IMG/VR virus record: IMGVR_UViG_3300037760_000114
Coordinates: 40,085-104,084 of that record
Origin: a virus
Reading direction: 5' to 3' (one strand)
DNA length: 64,000 bases
Made by a program: the position numbers and the translations under genes. The notes under the pieces are model-generated. The model made no database searches. It saw only the letters and a program-made list of their open reading frames with translations, and was not told the DNA's origin. Positions 59,342-64,000 of the stretch are shown in pieces (the first letter of the stretch is position 1; each line of letters begins with the position of its first letter).

Positions 59342-62300
59342 ATGAACTACCTAGACCGCCTGGTCAGCCTGATGCAGGACGCAGGCGACGACGGATCACA
59401 CACCCACCAAGCTGACGCCCCGCAGTACAACGGGCCGGACGCCCAGCCGTGCACGCATCCCGGATGCCGCTGCCTTCTGCGGTGGCTGCCAGACCCGGAC
59501 AGCGGCCGGCACTCGTGGCGGGCCGTAGCAACTCAGCGCAGCGCCTGACCGGCCAAGCAGCTGGCCCGGTGCCTCACTCCCCCGGGGCATCGGGCCAGCC
59601 CAGAAACCCACCCGACCAACGACAAGGAGAGCCGCGATGAGGACCACAGGGAAGATTGTCGACACCGACCAGCGGCCCCGGCAGAGCCACGAGCAGGCGC
59701 AGGCGGTGTACGCCCACGCCCGGCAGTACGCGGAGGGCGAGTGCGGCTGGGACGCGGACAGGGCGCACGGCTACGCCGGCTGGTTCATGGACTACGGGCA
59801 GTGGGATCACAGCGACCACCGCCCGGCCATCGCCGAGTACATCGAGTTCGGCGATGTCCGCTGCTGACCGGATCACCACCCGACCCTACTGAAAGGACAG
59901 ACCGACCATGAAGCTTCGCCCGTTCCGGGACCGGCGCACCGTCCGGCTGCGCAGGATTCGCAACCTGGTAGTCGTGATCGTGCTGGTGGCGGTCGTCGCG
60001 CTGCTGCTGGTGGCCAACTGCTGACCGGACCACCACCGTCCATGCCGCGCGAAAACCACCCAGCCTACGAAAAGGAGGGGCCGAAGATGGCCACAGCGAC
60101 CACGCGCAGGGTGAGCAAGCGGCGTATGGAAGCCGCGCTGAGCACGCTCGCGGATCTAACGACCGAAGACCACGACGAGCTAGACGGTGCCGCCCGGGAC
60201 GAGATTGCCCACGTGATCGACGTACTGGACCGCCTGGTCGAGCAGCGTTCCTGACCGGACCCCGGACCGTGGAGCCCGAACCACCCGCGCACAGCGGGCG
60301 GGCTCACGCGGCGCCCGTCCGGCCGGCAACGAGAGGAGCACAGCATGCCCAGCGCCCGAGAGATCGTCGTCCGCTTGACGGCAAACGTGAGCGGGATGGT
60401 CGAACCCATCCTCAACATTCAGATGTCCGACCTGGCCGACCAGTTGGCCAGTGCCGGATTCGAGCACCTGAGCGAACGGGTGGTCCAGCACACCGAAAGC
60501 GGCGTCATGATCGCCAGCAGCGCCGACGGCTACCGGGTCAGTTACTACTGCCCCGAGGCGCGCGGCGGCAACGGGCTGATCGACCTGCCGCTGTCAACGC
60601 GGATCGGGGAGCTGGCACACCTGGCATTGGCGCTGCACCGAGCAGAGAAGGGAAGGCAATGAGTAGGTACCACCACATCCTGATCGTCATGGGTGGTTTC
60701 GTCGGCGGGGCCGGTATCGGGGTCGGGATCTATCTCTGGCTGACGTGAGCCGACCGGGCCACCACCGTGGGGGCCGACCTACTGCCTCGGGCAGCGGTCC
60801 CACGCGGCGGCCGTCCGGCCGACGAGAGGAGAGCACCATGCGCACTACCAACCGCTGGATCGTCGGCGATTACACGTTCACCGAGCACGCCGACCACGGC
60901 TTCCCGAGCTTCGAGGGCCAGCCGCTGTACAAGTTCCTGATCGGCGAGAAGACCGGCGCCGAGATGTACACCAGTCTCGACGAGGCGCTGGTGGCTGCCG
61001 TGGGCGAGAAGTACACCGGCCCTCGCGGAGCCGGCGGCTCCGGCGTCGACACGGCTGCCGGCTGGTTCCTAAAGATGATCGGCGCACCAACCACCGAGTG
61101 ACCGAACGAGAAGCGCCGGGGAGTGGGTGGCACCCCGCTCCCCGGCAGATGGACCTATCGCAATGAAGGAGTCTAGCCATGTACACCAACCCACGTCAGC
61201 CCATCCGCCCGCCAGTGTCGAGCCGGTTCGACCCGGCCACCGGCAGGCGGGTGACCGTCCGCTGGAAGCCGCCGGCCCGGCCGACCGCGCTGCGGCGGGC
61301 TCTGCGGGAGCAGGGCTGGCACTGATCCGGGCCTTCGTGGTGGAAGCCTGGCAACGACAAGGAAGGGAGGCCAGCTGATGGCCGAGGACGAGGAGCGTTG
61401 CTCCCGGTGCGGCGACGAAATGACCGACACCAACCGCTCGGATCGGGCGGGCGACGACATGTGCCGGGACTGCCGGTACGAGTACGACCTCGATGGCAAC
61501 TGATCCGGGCCGTCTCCGCGAGGGCCGTACGTGCACCACGGCGCACGGTTCTGGCGGTGGCCACCCGGCCAACGAGAGGAGCACAGCATGCAGCTCATGA
61601 GGAGCTGGACAGTCGGCGACTACCGGTTCTGCGAGTACGACCAGCATGGCTTTGCCGACTTCGCGGGCAAGCCACTGTACAAGTTCGAGATCGACGGCAA
61701 GCGGGGCATGGAGATGTACGCCAGCCTTGACGAGGCGATGGTCGCTGCGGTCGGGCAGAAGTACACCGGCCCCCGCGGCGCCGGAGGGTCTGGGGTCGGC
61801 ACGGCCGCTGACTGGTTCCTAAAGATGATCGGCGCCACACCGACCCAGGCTCAGTGATCCGGGCCGCGTTCATCGGGCTGGACCTTCCGGGGTCCGGTCC
61901 CGGTGGAGGCCACCCGGCCAAACCCTCGAACCATGATCTTGAAAGGAGATTGACCATGAGCGACACCATGACCGTACGGTTCCGGTTCACCCCAGCCACC
62001 GTGGCTGAGGTGGAGGTGGAGTTTGACCGGGCCACGTGGGAGCAGATGGGCGACGACGAGCGCGCCAACGCCGCGCAGGACGCGGCGATGGGTCACGGCA
62101 TGTCCTGGGACTGGCAGGAGGAGGACTGATGATCGACAAGGGAAGCGGGAGCTACTGGGCCGTCGGCATCACCCTGCGCTGCGATGGCCAGCGGTGGGCC
62201 GGCGAGCTGGACTACCTCGACGACGGCTTCGCCGATGACGACCCCGACTCGGGCGCGCTGGCCATGCTGCGCATCGGGGAGGCGCTGTCGGCGCACGGGT

Positions 62301-63664
62301 GGAAGCCGGTGCGGGACACGGTGCACGACCGCACCAGCCGGCCCGGCTGGGTCGGCATCCCCGTAGAGCCGATCAAGGAGGATTGAGAGATGGAGAGCGA
62401 AGTTCAGCAGCAGGTGGACATCGACGCTTGCCTGGAGAACCTGGACCACTACCTCCAGGCTGGTGATGCCCTGTCCTGCCGAGACATCGGCATAGCGCTG
62501 GCACGGGACCTGGCTGCGGCGCGGGACGACCTATCCCAGCTCAGTAGCGAGCACGCCACCGCCGTGCAGTTCATGCGTGATGCGCAGCGGGCCGGACTCG
62601 CGGCGATCGCCGAGCGGGACCGACTGCGGGAGCTTGCCAAGTGGCTGGTGTCCCTGGACGAACCCGGCTCCGCCGACCGGCAGACCGTGACCCTGAACCA
62701 GATCATCACCCGCGCCCGTGAGGCGCTAGGCAAGGAGGACTGACCCATGACCGAGACGAACCGCCCGGAGACCATCGAGGAGTTCCGGGCCAAGGCGCTC
62801 CGCGACTCAGCCGCAGCAACCGCTGCCGGGCTGCGTCGGATCGCCAACGAGGTGGAGCAGGAAGCAGGCAAGCTCGACCGCATCGGCTCACCCGGCTACG
62901 CCACGTACGGCTCGGTTGCCGAGTCGATGCTCCACGCTGTGATGTGGGGTATGGCGAACCTGCGGCTGGAGCGGCTAGCTCGGGACGCAACCGATGCGGA
63001 CGTAGCCCGAGCGAAGGGAGAGTGACCGATGGATCGTGAAGAGATCGTGGAGGTGGTCAGGCGTGCCCTGTCCGGGTGTGCCACGTCCCGTGGCTGGCGG
63101 CTGCGTGAGGAGCGGGACCCGCTGGCGGTGGCGGTCGTGACTCGGCTGGAGGAGGCCGGGCTGCTGCCGACCGGGCCGGCTCACCGTGCCGCTGACCTAT
63201 CCGAGGGCAGCGTGGTGGCTACCGACAAGGTGGCGTGGATCAAGGAGTCCCAGTTCCTCGATGTGCCGTGGACATCCAGCCAGCGTGGCAACTTGGTCGG
63301 CAACCGAGTCGTAGACGAGGCACTGGCCCGTGGTGCTCGGGTGCTGCGGGTCGGCACCGGACGGGAGGGCTGAGCGGTGGCTGACGATGACCTTCGTCGG
63401 ACCCTGTACGACCGGCAGCTCGCCGCAGCCAGTGACGAGTGCCGCCGTGCTGTGGACGCGGCGGCTCGGGCGCTGGCTCAGGTCCGGGTGTCGCTGGACG
63501 CCGGCGGGTGCCCGTCTACGCATGAGCTGAGGACGTTGGCGCGGGAGTCTGCGGAGGCGTGTGAGCACGGTCGGGCGTGGCTGGCTCTGGTGGAGGTGGA
63601 GCCGCTGATGCCCGGCGGCTCGCCGGGGCGCGGAGGTCAGAATCCCAAAGGGCTCAGGGGTTGA
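59342..63664 (+). other. Cluster of about 16 small phage-like ORFs separated by repeated intergenic elements
   Basis: For example 59637-59867, 60345-60662, 60838-61101, 61588-61857, 62390-62743, 62747-63025, 63029-63373, 63377-63664; many have strong RBSs. Confidence 0.65.
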
Positions 63665-63723
63665 CGTACCCGTTTACCCGGGTTAGTATTAGGGTACGGA
63701 AACACGGAACCTAGGAGCCACAG

Positions 63724-64000
63724 ATGACCGCCACCCCGCAGCCCGGCATCACCCACTACCTGAACCGCCAGGGCAGCCCGAAGACCACCGTCCACTACAT
63801 CACCAAGGACGGCGACGCCGAGCAGGTCACCGGCCGGGTTGAGGGATGGGGAGCCACCCCAAGCGGTGTCCAGAAGCTGATCGTGGCCGTGCACGAGGGC
63901 AACCAGGGGCCGGCCCGGTACCGCAAGGTGTACGTCCCCGCCGCTGCGATCGAGCGGCAGCTTCGGGCGACCGGCCAGCACCCGGCGCAGCGTCAGCCGG
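63724..64000 (+). CDS. Hypothetical protein, runs off the window edge
   Basis: RBS AGGAG then MTATPQPGITHYLNRQ...; upstream TTGACG and a CGTACCC/GGGTACG inverted repeat. Confidence 0.5.
   Translation, partial: MTATPQPGITHYLNRQGSPKTTVHYITKDGDAEQVTGRVEGWGATPSGVQKLIVAVHEGNQGPARYRKVYVPAAAIERQLRATGQHPAQRQP

Overview
High-GC DNA, most likely from an actinomycete given the WhiB and SsgA genes, and almost entirely mobile. (1) 1-~48.8 kb is one arm of a temperate siphovirus-like (pro)phage, read mostly on the minus strand. From the right it runs: tyrosine integrase, CI/Cro-like switch, a long early/middle region (SNF2-methyltransferase fusion, AAA ATPase, SsgA, WhiB, RusA, DUF5131, SLOG, DnaQ, replication initiator and loader, a second Xer-like recombinase, an Ntn-protease), then HNH, TerS, TerL and portal. 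(2) The most striking locus, at 44.4-46.6 kb just downstream of cro, is a stand-alone Cas7/RAMP-like gene. It is flanked on both sides by eight tracts of GG(C/T/A)-NN pentamers, and the tracts are separated by six covarying tRNA-like (acceptor plus T-arm) minihelices. This looks like an RNA-guided system with a gapped dinucleotide code and tRNA-mimic processing sites. (3) 49.6-55.3 kb is a minus-strand operon with a leader-peptide attenuator, 36 tRNA genes covering all 20 amino acids, an internal HNH gene and rtcB. It also holds several non-tRNA structured RNAs, including an 82-nt RNA that looks like only the tRNA-like domain of tmRNA. (4) 55.4-64 kb is more phage-like DNA: HTH genes, a GIY-YIG/NUMOD3 endonuclease, a PNKP-type phosphatase, and a string of small ORFs joined by a repeated intergenic element. 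All calls come from reading motifs by eye; no database searches or folding programs were run.
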